From Schmidtea polychroa (lineage: Eukaryota), in NCBI GenBank assembly GCA_044892525.1, contig CM097887.1:81074397-81138396 (forward strand): DNA of 64,000 nucleotides, given 5' to 3'. The position numbers were made by a program, and so were the translations under genes. Under the pieces are notes generated by a model, which saw only the letters and a list, made by a program, of their open reading frames with translations, had not been told where the DNA came from and ran no database searches. Positions 62,109-64,000 of this stretch are shown here, one piece after another; within the stretch, counting starts at the first letter, position 1; every line of letters begins with the position of its first letter.

Positions 62109-64000
62109 CTGATTGATATAAATATGAACATGACATGACGCGCCTTCCAAAGTAGCATTAATTCAATTAAATTTGCAAATTAAAACAAATATAATTGTAA
62201 ATCATTATTTAAAATTAAAACTTGTAATATCATTACGTTAGTAACTCCAATAGACCTTGAATAACATTTCCGATTGATTCAAATTTTTGCTCGCGTAAGG
62301 TCCACAGTGAAACAGAAGTTTAGAAATTATTAGATTTTATTTGTAGCCAGTTTACGTGAATTCCATTTCATATGGATAATGATTTTACATGGTTTATCAT
62401 AGCTACACAGAATTTTGAACCGTACGCGGTTGACATCAGATAATTTTAGATTTATTATGATCTTCCATATTTTATATTTTGGCCAATTCCTTTTATTACT
62501 AAATTACATGAGCTAAATCTATCACTCTATAATGTAAGTTTAATTAGTTTCAATGTTAATAGATATTACATTAAAAAGAATTGGGAAAGGCCCATTTGAT
62601 TCAAGTTTCTGAAGCGTTATCAGATGAAAAAGATCATTATCATATCTATTTTACTTTGACAACCTGTTTACATCAATAAAATATTAGCATTATTTAAAAA
62701 ATCTGGGTCTAGCGGAACTGGATCTGTGAGGGAAATAGGTTTCCAATAATTTACCCAATTTCATATATAAAAAAATGAAGAAAGCTAAACGTTATGTAGT
62801 GATTATGCTGTAACACTATTATTGTTTCTAGATGGATAATTCAATTGTAACTATTGCTTCAATAATATATTCGATTTTCCCACCAACAAATACGCAACGA
62901 TATTCGGCAGCTGTGAAAAGGAAAATTATCGTAAAAAGATCTAATTGTATTGAAAAGCAAAAAATGCTCATAGGAGGAACAGACAAATTTTTATCAAATT
63001 TTTACACCAACCATGTTTTAAATACTAATTTAATGCTAGGTTCAAACTATATTTTCACGCAGTGAATTAAATTAGTCATATTAAAGATATATTGTAAATA
63101 AATTTCAACAAACTCGGCTTTAAATTACCTGGCAGTTATGGCGATAACAGCGCTAGTCCAAACATGTTCAAAGTTACCCTGATTGTTTATCAATGAATTT
63201 CGCATATTTTATTGTCTCTGTCAGTATTAGATAGTGCACTACAATTTCATGCAATTAATGTCTGAAAATAGTGTTTGAAATTACCACCATTTTGCGAATA
63301 TTTAAACAAGAATCTGCCACCGTGCGAAAACTGCTAATAATATTCAACAAATTCCTACATAAATTTCTGCTATATAACTATTTGTAACATTCACTTCATT
63401 GTTAGTTACCAGCTCAAACGCCATTTAATATATAAAATGGTTTCAAAACTTTTCAAATGATTTAACAAAACGGTAATTGTTTACTGACAAAATAAATATT
63501 TAATAACCGCTCCACCAGTCGTGATTTGTCGGTTATATTGCAGATAAAATCAATTTGTATCTATGAATCATGAACTCGCTACATTCGGTCTGCTTCTGTA
63601 ATCTAATACCTAATTTTATTCGATAAGGTCAAAGTCAAATTACTGGTCAATGACCTTCGTTAATCTGATCCATTGTTAAATAAAACTATCCAAATGTAAA
63701 ATCATTTTATCAAATAAACATACAGATGCATTTCTAAAAATCAATTTTGTTCTACTTGTACTTGTAAGAATTTTATAAAATGCAATCAATTTGATTGGAT
63801 AGCTTAATTTTTTACTACATTTTTGATTGGATGAATAATCTTCCCTTTTGTTTTAATTTTATACTTTTAAGGTTATACTTAAAGTACAAATTTATTGCAA
63901 ATATGATAAACGCGTCAATTATTCTTAATAATGATTTCCTAAAAAATCAATTTCCCTTACTTGTTGGCATATTGAAGCATATCTTGCCAAAACATTAGCA

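Noticed and set aside
1-64000. tRNA, rRNA, hammerhead (CTGANGA...GAAA) or twister ribozyme genes; prokaryotic or phage operon interpretation
   Set aside because: No convincing cloverleaf, rRNA or ribozyme core seen by eye; spliceosomal introns and animal genes and TEs indicate eukaryotic DNA

Overview
AT-rich (roughly 30% GC by eye) eukaryotic genomic DNA with short 42-81 nt GT-AG introns and four N-gaps. It is an invertebrate animal; a planarian flatworm is my inference from composition, intron size and repeat types, not a determination. Host genes: KDEL receptor (complete, 4 exons, minus), an intronless GALNT10-like glycosyltransferase (plus), a tailless/TLX nuclear receptor (minus, partly in gaps), the 3' half of a fructose-bisphosphate aldolase (minus), and two or three unidentified spliced genes. 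Most of the rest is mobile DNA: an apparently intact IR-DR Tc1 element, many nested hAT elements/MITEs with 8-bp TSDs, pogo and Merlin-like MITEs, mariner and Gypsy remnants, and an internal R2/NeSL-type RT fragment. The most unusual signal is a decayed, virus-like or giant-retroelement-like multi-ORF family, present as three ORF clusters (about 16.3-19.7, 25.7-27.3 and 31.3-35.8 kb). Two clusters encode demonstrably homologous coiled-coil proteins; the family also includes an AT-hook microprotein and a type I membrane glycoprotein. Nearly every ORF has a 3' splice acceptor 1-3 nt before its ATG. A terminal RNA module occurs in 3 copies, with a covarying bulged stem-loop next to a spliced-leader-like / HDV-ribozyme-like segment. 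All alignments were done by eye; no searches were run.
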